Notes: generated by a model not told the origin, from the letters alone. DNA of 56,696 bases, filler included, from Bipalium vagum (GCA_037834085.1; 3 parts of 3 records of this genome joined end to end with filler, not necessarily neighbours in it); one strand, 5' to 3'. Positions 1-14,689 are shown, counted from the first letter of the whole stretch. Numbers and translations: made by a program.

Positions 1-80
1 AGATATTTGCGCTGTATATGGAGATGGTGCCATAGCAGAAAGAACTGCTCGTGATTGGTATGTTAAATTCAAAAATGTAA
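1..80 (+). mobile_element. mariner transposase N-terminal (HTH) fragment, truncated by window start
   Basis: Translates as DICAVYGDGAIAERTARDWYVKFKN, typical of the mariner paired-like HTH. Confidence 0.7.
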
Positions 81-1149
81 ATTATATAAAATATCAATAA
101 ATTGATGATTATGGTTACATTTACATCTAATTCCATTTGATAAGATTTTCACTTTACTATATTTTCTAATAAAATATTGCTTTTATTACGTTCATAAATA
201 TAAAAAGCAGCATATCGAAACCACAGTGTGTTTGTGTGTGTCGTTAGCATTTGTCTTTGAATAGACAAAATTTAATACCAAAAAAAATATTTAAATGTTA
301 GAAAAATAAATATTTAAATCTTTGTCAAAAATATTAAAACTCCGTAAATGAATTAATCACCCTGGACTTGGTTAAAAGGGAAGTCAAAATACCCTGGGAA
401 TATTTGTATAAACTGTAAAATAACACCCAAAGATAAAAAAGTTTTCTAGAAAAAAATTCCTACTATTTGACTAAATTTGTTTGAATATTTAGATTTCTGA
501 TGTGAGAAAAATTATTATTAAAAAAACAGACTTTTGGAATATAAACTAATTAGTGTTAATACAGGTTTTACAAGAGACTCGTGTTGAAAATTTCAAAAAA
601 ATTGGTCCAACAAATCATATATCAAGAACCTTATTGAGACAAATGAGCAAAGAAATTGAAACCCAATAAAATGGAAAAAATTATAACGGACTAAAAATGA
701 CAAACCACATTTTAAGAGGCCGAGAATAACCATGGAAACTTTAAAAAAGAAATGAATACATAATAAACGACTTCAAAATTAGACCAATATATCAAGAATA
801 ATACCACTAAAGGACTATTGTTTCGGTGCTTCAATCCTTTTTGTTGAGTAAATTTCTTTGTTTACAAAGTATTTTGCTCTGCGCATTGTTTAAGCTTAGT
901 TTTATTCAATGACCGCAGATTAGCACTTTCTTCTGCAAGCGAGTCTTAAAATCTTTTTTCAACTAGAATCTTTCTGGTTGATTTAGACAAGACATATCCA
1001 TAAGAAAAATTACTCTCTGAAAACAGCAAAATCATCAATATGTCGAAGAATTATCGCAAGCTGCAGTACCTGGTTCCAGAGACGTGCAGCTGTTTATACT
1101 GATTTATAATTAATATAGTTTATTTTATTTTTAGAAATAATTTTGATTT

Positions 1150-1580
1150 CTTTTGATATGAAAAATATTTTAATGAAGTTCAAAAATTAAGGAAAAGATG
1201 TGGTGAAATCGGCACGATTTTAGGTATTTCTAGATATTCTGTTAGGAATTTAGTGATCTATAAATATGCAGTACACAAGAAAAAGCGAGGAAACAACAAA
1301 AATAAGTAAAGCAAATGCACTATCCATCAAAAGAGAAATTACTAAGTTAATGAATAAGCAGGAAAAAATGAATTCACCTAAGATCAAGAAATGTTGTGGG
1401 TTGGCTGTATCAGCAAGAACAGTACAGAGACATTTGAAATTGGCCAATATGAATTACAATCTTCTGGAATAAAAAAAGAACGAAATTGATTACAGAATGG
1501 ATTTCGTTCAACTATATTTGGGAGAATACTGTATTCACAGACGAATAGAGATTTACACTTGATGGATTATGATGGCCCCA
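1150..1580 (+). mobile_element. Degraded Tc3/Tc1-like transposase remnant
   Basis: ORF 1266-1472 has ...AVSARTVQRHLK (second HTH). It is followed by WENTVFTDE*RFTLDG, resembling Tc3 W..VIFSDEKKFNLDGPDG. Confidence 0.55.
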
Positions 1581-2794
1581 ACTTTTTTACAGAAATGAAT
1601 TTAGATGTTATATATCTTATCAACTGTACCAAAAGACAAAATACATCAATAAGATTGAGGCTATGCAAAGTAATCATGCTAAATTGTACAATTGTAGGAT
1701 TTGTGTGTATGAAGTGTGCCAAAAATGTTGTCGTTTTTAAAATTGAAAAAAATCTCAAAATTCAAATATTATTAAAACAACAATTAATATTTACAGAGGA
1801 GTGATAATTATTTAAAAAATATTACTATACTTGTCACAATTTCATCAATTTTAGTTCATTTTTTACAATAATCACGATTTTAAAGCGAATTTTTTTACTG
1901 TACTAAACATGTGTCGTTCAGTAAATTAAACTAACTGATAGCAGTATTAAGTCTCTTTGCTTTCTCTTTTTAAGCAAAATTATTTTTTTCCTAATTTATC
2001 AAGTTTGAATTTGAAAGTTTTTTAATTACTTGTTTTAAATATTTATAACTACCTTTAAATACGTCTTTAAAATATATATTGTGTGTCCCTTGAAGAGTTT
2101 AACAATATGTGGAGACCCAAGAGAAATTGAATTATTTAACATTTAAAAAACAATTCTGACTATTTTTGATCTTGAAACTTTTTATTTTTGATTTGATTTT
2201 AATAAAAGTATTTTTACCTTTGTTCACTTGTAAAAATGAGTATCCTTAAAAAATAAATAACATTAAGTCCTAACAATATTATTATTATTACTATTATTAA
2301 TTAATTATTAAACAAAGAAAATATATAAAAACAATTGTACATATTATTATTTCATTTATTATATCTGGTAAACTAATACGGTTTACACAGATTATTTAAA
2401 TTTATCTTAAAATCATCCATTCTTTGATTATAATCACTATTTCATAGGATTATCTTCATTTTGTTTACCCATTTTCCATTTTTCTCTTTTTGTTTGTGAT
2501 TAACACAATAGTTAGGGTTGGTAAATCATCTCAGGACCTTACCACAAGTTACAGGATAACTGTGTAAGGATTTAAGGATTCTCATTTAAAATCCCCTTGT
2601 AAACTCACATTTTTACAAATAAAAATATTTTTATTTGATTTCAATTGTTTTCATTTATCCTATTTTGTTCCGAATTACACTTCATAAATCCTTCTGATAC
2701 GTTATGTAAAGTAACATATAAGCCCATTATCAATTTTTGTAACTTAAATTTAGTCAATTTTAGGGAAACTTAACAAACAAAATATATACATTAA

Positions 2795-3085
2795 TCAAAT
2801 AATGACCATCGTTAGCAATGATTTGTGGCTATCTATCAGGAAGCTAAGGAATTCCGCGGTGAAAAAAATCTTCATCTTTGGTGGCTGCCCAGTGAGTAAC
2901 CCGTTATTCAATCTCTTCAAAGGATTGGAAGTGCTGCTAGACAAGTGAGTGTCCCATCGACCGAAACAGATGATAATCTGTAGGGTCACAGTCAGGAGAA
3001 TAAGCCGCATGGGATAGTACTTCCCATCAAATTATTTCTAAATGTCTAGAAACTCGTTAAGTAACATGTGACCGAGCATTTTCAT
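2795..3085 (-). mobile_element. mariner (Mos1/mauritiana-like) transposase C-terminal remnant
   Basis: Minus strand reads HAAYSPDCDPTDYHLFRSMGHSLV*QHFQSFEEIE..., then (after a frameshift) RGIP*LPDR*PQIIANDGHY; matches the YSPDLAP motif and mariner C-terminus, with stops. Confidence 0.85.
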
Positions 3086-6000
3086 TTAGCAAAATGAATT
3101 TATATATTTTTAGTCTATATTATAAGTATATAATTATTTAAAGGATTGTATAGTTTACAATTTCCAGGTAAAAGAATATTTCAAAACTGTCTCTAGACAA
3201 AAATCAGTTAGCTAAACAGTGATTTTTGTATCAATTTTTCTCTCATTGATAATATATGTTTAGTATCTATTATAATGATAATTTTGGTAATTTAAAAAAA
3301 AAATTTTTTTGTTTTATTTATTGTTTTGTTTATTATTTAACTAGCTGTATTATAAATTTAGCTGTAAAATTTTATTAGAATTCATTACATTTTCAAATAT
3401 TAAGTAAATTTATCTCACCCAATTTTTTTAATTTTTTACTTTAGGACACTTAATGATTGATTTCCATAAAAAGATTGTAAAATTACAAATTGCCGAAATG
3501 AAGGTTCTTTAATCATAATAATAGCAATATATGGATAACGATAATATAAAAAATATAATTTAAAATTTAATAATAATAATAATAGTATTATTAGTAATAA
3601 CAATAGACACTGTGAACAATCATATCTATATAAAGATAACGAACATCCATCATATATGTCAAATCATATAAATTTCCAAAAAAAAGTATATTTTTAATGT
3701 TTTATGAAATTATTTATTCTATGGTGTGATTTAATTATTATATAAATTATAAATAATTAAATTAAATAGAAAATGAACACCTTTTTAACTTGAAGACTTT
3801 TTTGTAAACGAAATAAAATTCTAATTATTCTCTATTATTTTTCTCTTTCTCTTTCTTCAGATATATATTACTATTTAAGATACTGATTAAAATCCTCTTA
3901 TTATAAATTTGTTCCTGTTTAATAGAATATTTTTTTATTAACTAGAGCTCTATAAAAAACATTGCTATTCATATTTTTTTACATACAATAGGAAAGTAAT
4001 TATCTTAAGCCGAAATGTGATGAGAAACCTCTCTCCTTTGAAGAGAAAACACATGATTCAAATCATTGAGAACCATTACGAATAGATCGGTTTGGTAACA
4101 GACAAATTAGCTAATATGTTATGTATGTTAGAAAATCACACTTAAAAAATCCGTCCTCAGAAATCAATGATCGTATGAGATACAACTACATCTACTTAAG
4201 TTTCTCAAAAAAGCCATCTATATCAATGAAACCATCCAAAATATTAAACCTCAGTCCAGGCAAACATGAGGATACCATTTGTGAGGACAACATACTATAC
4301 TGTATATGGAGATCTACCATAAGATTGAACAATAATAAAGATATCTGTGCGACTCATAAAATTCTACTCAGTTTCCTGGTCAATCATCAGCAGGTCCAGG
4401 CTAACATGTGGATACCATCAGGTTTTAGCATTAATTATAGTTCCTAATTAAACACATGGTCTCTCATGTAGATAATCAAGGTCTCTCTTGGAATGCGATT
4501 CAACTCCCTAGTCAACCATTAGCAGACTTTCGTGTCTTCCTGATGATAAGATGTAGAAGACGATCACTATAATCTATAATTTGATATACTTATTTATAAT
4601 TTATAAATACATATTTAATTTTAAAATTTTTTGAATTTCTTAAATGTATATTCTTAAAAATATTAAACTTATTTAATCTCATTAAAATGAAAACAAAATC
4701 ATAGAGTAAAAGAATATTTAACAAGAATTCTCTAAATTATTTTTAGTGGTTTATTATTGTTACGGATTTATTATATTAATAGACTATAAAAACAGCTCTC
4801 AGAACTGAGGAGTTTCAGAAAAAAAATTTTAAATTTAAAATTAAATAACTGTGTGAAGGGATGGGCCAATACTTTTTGGTGCAATGAACTACTGAGAACT
4901 TTTCATTCATCCAAAAATATCACAAGGTTATAATATTTTGCACGACATTTCTCTTCAATCCCCTTTGGAATTTTTTTTAGGGATTAAGACTTAATTAATT
5001 AATATAGTATGGAAGATGTTGATTATTTTTGATCGATTATGATATTTAAGAACCATATTGACATTTATTGTGTAATTTTGTGTGGTGGAGAACAAAAACA
5101 GTTTATTGTCTTCTTGTGTGCGTATTTACCCACAAGGTTATTGATGAACTTCACCGTTATAAAGCGAGAGAATCGGATATTACAACTTGGTTAATATAAA
5201 TATTAGCAGATAGCATAATTAATTATTTAAGACTTTTCAGGGGTTTACTCGATTGAGTTTACTTGCTTCTATCTTTTCTACGACAGTTTTTCTTTTTTTT
5301 TTGATTTTTGCGGATTTCTTGTATATTTTAGTCGGTTATGGGATCAATTCCATAAAATAGGACCAAATATTTATACCTATTCTTCTGCCCTTTAAAAATT
5401 AACACGAATACACCATTTTGCTGATGTTATCGATTCTATTCTTGAACTTTTTTCATTATCTGATCCCGCTAAAGCTTTTCCAGTTGTCTCCTAAATTTTT
5501 TCATGGTTTATTGGTAACTTTTTCAAAAAAATTACGACCTCTTATTTTGGTTATTTGGTAATTAAAAAGAAATATAACACTGAATAAAATTTATTAAATC
5601 TGATTAAATTCAATATTATAAATATATTGTATCCTAATATGGATAATGGTTTTTAGGTTGTGGATTGATCCCAATATGTAATCCGTAAAATAAATCCACA
5701 AATTAAAATTAAAAAATAATTAATTCATTAATAAATATAATGAAGTTATAAAATAAATGACTTCAATAAGGTCGTACAGGAATCAATAATTATTATATCA
5801 CATCTCTTAGGGCAACTATTATAAATTTTGATTTTCATTTACTAGTTTGTCAGAATAAAAGTTTTTAAAAAAATTTTATAAATTCAAAAGGTGAAATTCA
5901 AAAGAAAAATCTGTTAGTAAGAGAATATATAGGGTATTTCGATCAATTAAATAATTTTGTCAATCAATTAAATAAATTAGTCAATCAATGAAAATAAATT

Positions 6001-6099
6001 ATGAATTTCATAAAAAATCCTATAAATTAGTCTTCTTTAATGTATGTATTTTTATACCTCAAATATATCGAACTAACCTATTAAAAATATATTCAAACG

Positions 6100-6450
6100 C
6101 AGTAAGTTAAGGAAAAAGAACACCCAAGGCAGAAAAGACCAACATCATCAAATAATGACATGGAGAAAATTGTGGCCAAAACATTGGAAAGTTGTGACGT
6201 AAAGACCATTGCCCTTATGCTTGAGAGAAACTGTGAACACCATTGTAAAAAGGTTTTTAAAGACAGATATTGTATAACCAAATAAGTGCGGTAATTAAAC
6301 TTGAAAATAAAAAATGAGTTGTCATATGTGAATAAAAAATACACCTTCATGTTAAAAAAAACTTTTTAGTATTAATTGAAGAGAGGTTAGAAATCGTGAC
6401 ACAGTTCTTCGACAATTTCATTATACCCCTCAGAAAACCACATTGGTTCC
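6100..6450 (+). mobile_element. Possible highly decayed mariner mid-region
   Basis: KEKEHPRQKRPTSSNNDMEKIV... loosely resembles the GRP linker and second HTH; very degenerate. Confidence 0.25.
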
Positions 6451-9199
6451 AGTTAGAAAAAATGTAAATACAATAAACTTTAGAGTTATATGCTTCAAAA
6501 TTTGAGAACCTGGAAGTCAATATTGAAACTTTTTTTTAATGAAGTAAGATTTTATAATGTTGCAAGACCAACTAGAAATTATAATCACAATTAACAAAAT
6601 AAATTTCTATTGAACAAAATAAACTTACAAATATTCATATTAATTATACTTATACTTTATACTGACATTAAATCTCATTATTTTCAGTAATATTAAAATT
6701 GAAATTACTCATTTGTATAAAATTAAAATCAAAGGGTTCAAAAGTTAAGTTAATTAAATGTTAAATTTCAAAAAATCAAATAAACCTTACATTTTCCCAA
6801 TAAATCAATAAGTCACGTCATCATTCAATTATTTTATTAATCGTTTCGCATAGTTATCACCATCATGGACCTATAGTTTGAAGACAACTCATAATAAGTA
6901 TTAATAAATGTTGGATTTGATATAAAATTCAACTATTTTGAGTTAAAGTTATTTCATTTAACATTTTCCCAATTTATTTACGAACATAAATATCAATTTT
7001 GATTAATAAGAATTTAAATGTTTTTTGTAATGGCGGTATAAAGAAATCATTATAGATTAAAACAAACGAAAATAAATAATACATATAATTACGTAAAAAG
7101 AGGATTTAAAAAATAAAAATAAATCTCATTTTTTTAATTTTTTCATAAATTTTAAATAAATTGAGTTATTAAATTAACCAATTTACTTAAATACATATCG
7201 TGTTGATAATTTTCTTTAAATATGTTTCCCTAATTCCAAAAGTATTTTCCCACTCAAATTAATTTCGCATATTAAATTAATATATATTTATAATTTTAAA
7301 AATTAAAACTTTGTTAGACTTTAAATTATGTACAAAAAGGAACTTAAATTATTATTTTTTCCTTTTAGGCGGTTAAGACAAGATTTAAATAGAAATATTT
7401 ACTATTTTATTTATTTTAAAAATTAAAGTGTCTGATTGAAATTACACTTTTTAAGCAGCATTTGAAATAAAAATGAGATGAAAAAAATCACAAGTCTAAA
7501 AAGATTTCATTAATTAGTAGCAAAATATTTATAAAAATTTAATCTTTTAAAGAACTTTTATTAATAAAAAGTACATCTATACAAAAAACATTATACATTC
7601 GATTAAAGTTAATTGAAGGAAAACTGGTTGGGTAATTAAATTGCACATTTTGGATTCCGCTTTTTTGGTATATATCAGATTTTATTTTCATATTATACAA
7701 AGTTCACTTAAGGTACCAACTTGACTGTGTTGGTTAGACTTCCGATAATAGTTAATACCATATATTAGCCAAATCACGATCTTTTAGTTTTAATATTGCA
7801 TGGCAATGGTTTGAAATTCAGTCTATGATTGGTGTCAGCTTATTATTCCCATTTATATGCTAGGGTCAGAATCGTTGTCATGGAAAAATCATCTTCAGTC
7901 TCAATTTGCTTATAGTCAGATTGTGACTGGTAAATCCGTTACCTTCAGAAGGTTGGTTTTCCACTGGAAAATTTTGTGGATTTAATCTTTTATTAGATGA
8001 ATTATCAAGTCACAGATGCTCTATGCCGACAAAGCTTACTCATTACAATGAGCTTAATTCTATATATTTTTAAATGTTGCTATTATTATTCATTTGTGAA
8101 CAACCCAATAGTATCAATCTAAAAATCCACTCAACCCAACCCAATGCCCAAAGAATCATACCGATCTGTCAATTTCAATTTGGTTTGATTTTATTTTATC
8201 AGAAACTGACAATGTTGATAAATGATTTGATTTTATTTTATGAAAAACTAAAAAATGATTTTATGATCTTATGTTTTCGTGATTATTATTTTTTTTAAAA
8301 TAATAAATAACAAAATTAACTTAAGTTCCGTTACTTGAGAAAATAAGGACAATCTCCGGTTTCTAAAGAAAAATAAAAATATTATTAATAAAATCTTACC
8401 AGTAGTGATTGATCTGAAACGATAAACAAATGAATAAATTTTACTCTAAACATACCAAAATAAAGAAAATTGGGGTCTCATGACTCTTTAAAATTTAATA
8501 ATATAAAATAAAATAGAATGATTATATATATAATGAGTACATATGTATAAAAAAAAATAATAATAATAATGTTAAGTTTTGACGTTTAAGAGAACTTTCT
8601 TAAACCTTAAATATCTGTCTAAAACTTAACGTACCTCGTATAATATGAATTTTATCAGAAGGGTTTAGAGAGTGTAACTTTCGTTTTTTAAATTATGTAA
8701 GAGGTTGCGTTTGTTTATTTTTAAATCGACTGGGTTAAAGTAAATGCGTGCAGATGATCAATACTTATAAACCAAATATTAAATATGACTTTCAATAAAA
8801 ATTTGTGATCACTAAGACAAAATCAAAACAATTAAATATTATTAGTTTAAAAAAATTATTTTTATATCGATTCAAAAACCTCTACAATACTTTGTTGAAC
8901 AAATTTAAAAATTCAAAATTATTATTAATGATAAGTCCCGGAAATATCAGTTTATACTCTTTGCTAGCTTAGCTTAAAGAGTTCTCAAATTCAAAAAGCT
9001 CTTATCCGTCCTACTTGACGTCGAGGAAGCAAAAAGATTATAGGAGAAAAACAGATAAAAATATTTTGAAGCTGGAACAACAATTGGAAATCTATCCAAT
9101 TGTTTAATTCCGTTTTTTATTTTAAAAGTATTTACAATAGTCAACTTGTGATCAAATTGATATTGTTAAATATATTATAAATGTAAAAACTATTTACGT

Positions 9200-9650
9200 A
9201 AGAATATATGAACTGATATATTTCTGAATCGAAATAACCCTTTGATACGAATCGGTAGATAATTGTTTATTTCGGTTAGTGATTTGAATCCTTGGACGCT
9301 CCTTTCTCCTTTATCTCTGTTGATGATTGTTACTCCTTTCGTAATTTCCTTGTAGGTCGAAGATTCTGTACGCGTTAATTTTTCTCTTCGGCAAGTTGAT
9401 GAATGAATCCTCGTCAGTCGTTTGTTTCATTCTTTTCCTTCTTCTTTCTCTCTTTTTCCTTTTTTTAATATAAGTTTCGTCTGCCTTATATAATGTTTTT
9501 CGTTACTGACAGTTGACAAATATCTGATCTGCTGTCGTGATAGTTGATATCTGAATTCCGTGAATAATGATTGTAAAGGATTGATTACGATGTGGTTACT
9601 AATTCTAATTGAAGCTTGAGTTTGTTTTCTATATCTTATCACTGACAATA
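9200..9650 (-). mobile_element. Possible Penelope-like retroelement remnant (pre-RT region)
   Basis: Minus strand reads FINLPKRKLTRTE...VTIINRDKGERSV, resembling Penelope-like VVNLS..LT..E and I..ADKG..V motifs. Confidence 0.35.
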
Positions 9651-9929
9651 ATTTTTATTTTTTGGTCTCTTTTTGATTATGAACAACTTAATTTATATTA
9701 AAATTTTTATCTTTTAACTTTTTGTCTTTAATTTACTAATTTTAATATTGTTTTTCATTACTTATTTGTTTATAGATTATTTTTTATTTTTAGTAATTAT
9801 TTTTTACTAAGTTTTCTAAATTTAGAGTTATTTTTATTTATTTAATATTTTATAATTTCAGGACTTATCAATAATAATATTCATTTTACATATGCTCCAC
9901 ACAAATGCATAATAAAAAAGCTTTACAAT

Positions 9930-10687
9930 ATTTTTTTGTCCCATACAATGGATAATGAAAGATCACATAAAAGATGGTTGAGTAAAGAATGTTCAAATTC
10001 ACAAAAATGGTTAAAAGGTTTATATTTCTTCTCCTGGAATTGCTGGAGGTTTGCCTGGGATCCACTTTTTATCGCAAGTGACTATCCGGTCGAGAAAATG
10101 ATCATTTCGGTTTCTTTCGAGAAGTCTTGAACAAATTTCAATTTTTTCAGCTAATTCGTGGGGGACCCATTTATTGAGTTTACAAGTTAATCCTAACACT
10201 TTCAGTCGGTTTCTTATGGCTGTTTCGCTTATATTTAGAAGTGACTTGTTTAGCACTAATTGATCTGTTTTATTCAAGAAGGTCTATAATTTGACAATCC
10301 ACCAACTCTTTTGGCCTTCCAGACCTCTTTTTGTCTTCCAATGAAAAATCACCACTATTGAATTTCTAAACCAATTTTGCAATATTTCCAGTTGCATTGT
10401 TCATTCACCAAACACGTTAATTTTTGAAACAGTTTCATTTGTGCTTGTGTTATTTTTCAATTCGTAATAAATAATTGCTCGAATTTGTGATTTGTCCAGC
10501 GAACTTTTGGAGCACCTATTCCAGAGGATAATGGTTAATAATTTTAATTATATAGTAAATTTGAAACTGACATGCTTAAGCAGCAAACTAAAACAAAGAA
10601 GATTTAAATCGATAGATAAATGAGAATCCCAGGGATTTACAAATTTTAAAAATTGAAAAGACGAAAAAACTTAGTTCGTTACCTATT
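9930..10687 (-). mobile_element. mariner element 5' half (cecropia-like), pseudogenised
   Basis: DKSQIRAIIYYELK N-terminus; ORF 10020-10277 has KWVPHEL and FLDRIVTCDKKWI; TIR-like TAATAGGTAACGAACTAAG at about 10687 on minus strand. Confidence 0.85.
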
Positions 10688-10701
10688 ATATATTTAATTT
10701 A

Positions 10702-11720
10702 CAGTCGCATTCATAAGAAGTCTAATTGAATATCGACATTAATCAAAGTTTAATTAGTTTCAGTATTTCTAAATTTTAGAATGGAAACACGAAAATATCT
10801 TACGATAAAGCAAAAAGATATCATATCTGCTTGTCAAAGAATACCGAAATTATCTTTCAGTAAAATAGCAAAGCAATTTAAAATTCCCCGTCCACTGTAA
10901 GAAAAATTTTTTAAAACCACAAAACTAATCCTGTGCACATTATAACAAAAATACTAAAAACAAGCAAAGCAAAATATGTATGTATAGCTTTATAACAATG
11001 CTTTACGTTTCATTCAGTACAAATCTTCTAAAAGTTAATATTTTACGTACCAAAGCACACTTTTATGTAAAAGAACTAGAATTCCAATTTTTTGCTATCA
11101 TTTGTGGGCTTGGTTGATGGAAAACACGTTATAATATTGTCTATATAAAATGTTGGAGAAAAACTAGTTGTGGTACTTTATCTACAACGCACTGGTCTAA
11201 ATCTGTCTTTCCTTATCTCCTTGAAAATTTCAAATTATAAATCAAATGACATATAACGCGGGCGAAACAGGGCTATATTGGAGAGCTTTCCCCAATGGCC
11301 CACATGTCTTCAAAGAAAGCCAATTGACTGGATCAAAAATATCCAAAGATCGAATAGCAGTCTCAGTCTGTGTAAGTATAAAGGGTGATAAACTTGGTCA
11401 TTGGTAAACATAAGAAGCAGCTTTGTTTTCGATCAGTGAAACGTCAACTTGTTGGTTATTTTAGTAATAGTAACGCATGGATATCATCGTTTATTTAAGA
11501 AATCTGAGTTAGGAAATGGGATAAAGAACTCAATTTTAAAAATAAAAGCGCTTTCTTGATAATTGTTCTGCTCACCCTGAATTAAATTTAGAAAATATTA
11601 AACTATTCCAAATGCTACTTCTTTGTTTCAATCTTGTGATCAAAGTGTTATTCGTACACTGAAACATTATAGGGCGTAACAGCTCTACAGTTATTGAATC
11701 AACAGGAACAAAAATATGTA
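10702..11720 (+). mobile_element. pogo/Tigger-like DNA transposon remnant
   Basis: TA|CAGT start; RKYLTIKQK (CENP-B-like N-terminus); YNAGETGLYWRAFP, KISKDRIAVSVC, VIGKHKK, NSNAWI, LDNCSAHP, PNATSLFQSCDQSVI with frameshifts. Confidence 0.85.
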
Positions 11721-12049
11721 AATAATTTAGCTCAAAATATAAATTAACTAGCCCCAATTTCTTTATAAATCTTGGAAAATGATAAATATTAAAATAATAG
11801 TCAGTTGCTTCCAAAAAGCAAATTTCTCTGATTTTTTGGTAGAGGAGGATCAATTAATTGGATGCCATTTTGTATATCATATTTTAAAACGCTATTTTGT
11901 GGTTATGTACATTGGTTAATATCATTCATCATGTTCTGTGTATCATCATCATTTTTCCTGTAACGGAGGCAGTGATATCAACCGGGTTCGACTGTAGTTC
12001 TTAAAATTAACTATAAGCCAAAACTATTTCAACTAATACACAATTTGAG

Positions 12050-12410
12050 AAAATCAAGAATTCTTTTCAGAACCAACGTCTTAACGAGTCTAAAAAAAAC
12101 CAATACAGAACTGATCTTTGTAAATACTGAGTCACTTAAAAAATGGACTATGATACTCGATGTACCGACTCAAAATACAGAAATTCATTGGTATGATTAA
12201 TAAAACTTGATAGTCGATTTTTTAAAAAAGTTTGATCTAGGTCTCCTACCGTTCTTAATTTAACATCCATGATAAGCACACACATTTTAAAGTTGACATC
12301 AATTTCGTGGTTTAAAAATCAGCTCTTTCAATTGACAAACTGAACAGAATCCAAATTCTGGTTGGTTCACAATTTTGGAAAATCTTTAAATAAAGATGAC
12401 ATTGTCATTT
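12050..12410 (-). mobile_element. Possible decayed mariner N-terminal region
   Basis: ...SVHRVS*SIF..FTKISSV..RL resembles the second HTH and ISARWVPRLL; very degenerate. Confidence 0.3.
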
Positions 12411-13197
12411 AACAAAATATATGTATATTGATTCCTATTACGAAAAATTCCCAATCCCCAAAGATATGTAGTTCTTAAAATGTTTAAAGTTATACGTTTC
12501 CTATAATTATTTCTAAAATAAGTCTTTGTGAACTAATACTCATAGATTTTGAAAAAAAACAGGAAGATAATTGTAAATTATTGTTAAAGTATAAAAAATA
12601 TTTAAACAGATTTTTACAAAATGACGGATTGCACACGAAAAATTGCACAACAATATCAGTTCTCATCAATACAACGTTGCCAATTAAGCCAGGCACTGGT
12701 GAATAAAATTCGACTGAAAAATTCAACACATTCGTCTTAATCAAAAACAGAAAGTAAGGAGTGATTTTCAAAAGAAAGTAAAGTAATTGATGGGTGAAAT
12801 TTGCTGAGGTAAAGATTATAAAAAAAGATAAATTCGAATTTCAAATTAGCAATCTTTTTAATTTCAACGTGATAATGATAAGATGTTTTAACAGAAATGA
12901 GACTAGTTGGTTTATTCAAGGACTACTTTTGCAGTCCATTAATTTCGGGATGAAAACAATATGCGGAATATATAAGTGTCGTTTTGAAATCCAAGAAAGG
13001 CAAGACAATTGTAATTGCTAGTCCAGATGAAAATCAAAGTTTTTAAAAATATTAACAAAAAGGAGATGCTGTAGAGAATTTTCACGGAGTAATTCGTTTT
13101 TTAGGCGTTGAAAATATTGTTATCAAAATATATTATAAATATAATATAATACAAAGAAAGATCAAATTAATACTGATTTAGGCTGATTTTCAATGCT

Positions 13198-13734
13198 TCA
13201 AAACCGCTTTGGTTTCGGAGCCAAAGGTGGACCGAATCTTGTCGAAACAGCAGGTTTCGAAGAACTTTCGATATTCGACATGTTTTCAAAGGCAGAAATC
13301 ATACTCAAAATAGAAGCACCAGTTTCCGAGTAATTTTCCAACGAAATGTTATCGATAGTCGATGATGTTTCCATGAAATCTTCGTTGGCATTCAGCTCGT
13401 CTTCCAAAACTGGACATGGAACCTTTTTCTTGACCGTACTCATATCTTGTTCAGCAAATGTGTCTGCCGATGTCATTTTGAATTGTGTTGACATTGATTG
13501 TTCATTATCCACAGATATGAAGTCTAAGTTATCGTCATAGAGTCGAGGTGGTTTGTTGTCTTGGACGTTGGTTTTCTTGGAAACCAAATCTCGAACCAGA
13601 TCCGGAGTATGTTTCGACAACGGACTGACAAATTTCTTTTCCAAAGCAATTGATGGATCCTCGGTTCTGTATTTATTAGACGTTCTCAGTCGAATTGTGT
13701 TCTTTTGTTCAAGATCGACAAATCCTTGCATCAT
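13198..13734 (-). CDS. srGAP: srGAP-like (Slit-Robo GAP family) protein, terminal exon
   Basis: Acceptor ...aaacag|ATGATGCAA, phase 0, 179 codons to TGA. Encodes MMQGFVDLEQK...KHTPDLVRDL (cf. srGAP KHxPDVVLD) and a Pro-rich end PPLAPKPKRF*. Confidence 0.8.
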   Translation of the reverse strand: MMQGFVDLEQKNTIRLRTSNKYRTEDPSIALEKKFVSPLSKHTPDLVRDLVSKKTNVQDNKPPRLYDDNLDFISVDNEQSMSTQFKMTSADTFAEQDMSTVKKKVPCPVLEDELNANEDFMETSSTIDNISLENYSETGASILSMISAFENMSNIESSSKPAVSTRFGPPLAPKPKRF

Positions 13735-14689
13735 CTGTTTTCCAGAAAAAATCAATAATTTCTCCAAAAAAAATTAAAATAAAGTTTTTCCTTCGGTTTC
13801 GTAGAAAGAAATAAAAAATATCACAAAATAAATAATGGTGGAAGAGGTAATTCGATAACAATTTTTAACTTCCCAGGTAGCTCGATTTCTGAATAGCCTT
13901 AATAGAAGAGACAAAGATCTATCACATCTTGAACTCTGCTCATCGAAAACGTAATTCCATTAAAATAGAAAATCAATATAATTTAAACGAAAACTTATTT
14001 AATCACTTTTTCTTCAGAGAGTTCTATGAAGCTTTATATCCTTGGTAGATTTTTAAAAGGAATATAACATCTTTATTCAAAAATGACCAAGTGATTGTCG
14101 AAAATAATGTTGAAAAACAATTTTTTATTTAATAATCAGTGAATAAATATTTGAAAAACTAATCCCGATTTAAAATATTTTCAAACATTTATTAATAATT
14201 TTTCTGAAATAGAAGAGGTGTTTTCTATTGCCTTTATTTATCATAACTAAATATTAAATCAATGGAATGAAAACAATAGATGTAGCAAATTAAAAGATAT
14301 AAAATTCTATTTTTTCACTTAGTACCTTCGATCATGCATTGATCCAAAATATGTTATTTTAAAGACAATTCTTCAATCAATAAAATTTCTTCAACTATAT
14401 TAATTCTCATATCAGATTAAAATAAATTTTCAATATTTTATAATCTGAAGTTTTTCAAAGATTTTTAATGATTAAATTTTCAATTATCGTTATTTTTTCA
14501 TTATTTATTGTGTTTCATTGTAATATTTAATTTCCTTTTTATTATTTATAATATTTTAGTTTATTTTAAACTATTTATTTCTTTTTAATTAACTATAACA
14601 TCTATTAGTTTAAATAATTTTTTATTATTAAATAAATGATTATTTATATATTAAAAAAAAGGTACCAAAGATGAATCAACAATATAAGA

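Noticed and set aside
1590-1804. Cys-rich ORF end (VCMKC) as a piggyBac C-terminal remnant
   Set aside because: No TTAA/TIR or catalytic motifs to support it
13346-13777. Plus-strand ORFs of 64 and 74 aa
   Set aside because: Antisense shadows of the srGAP-like terminal exon
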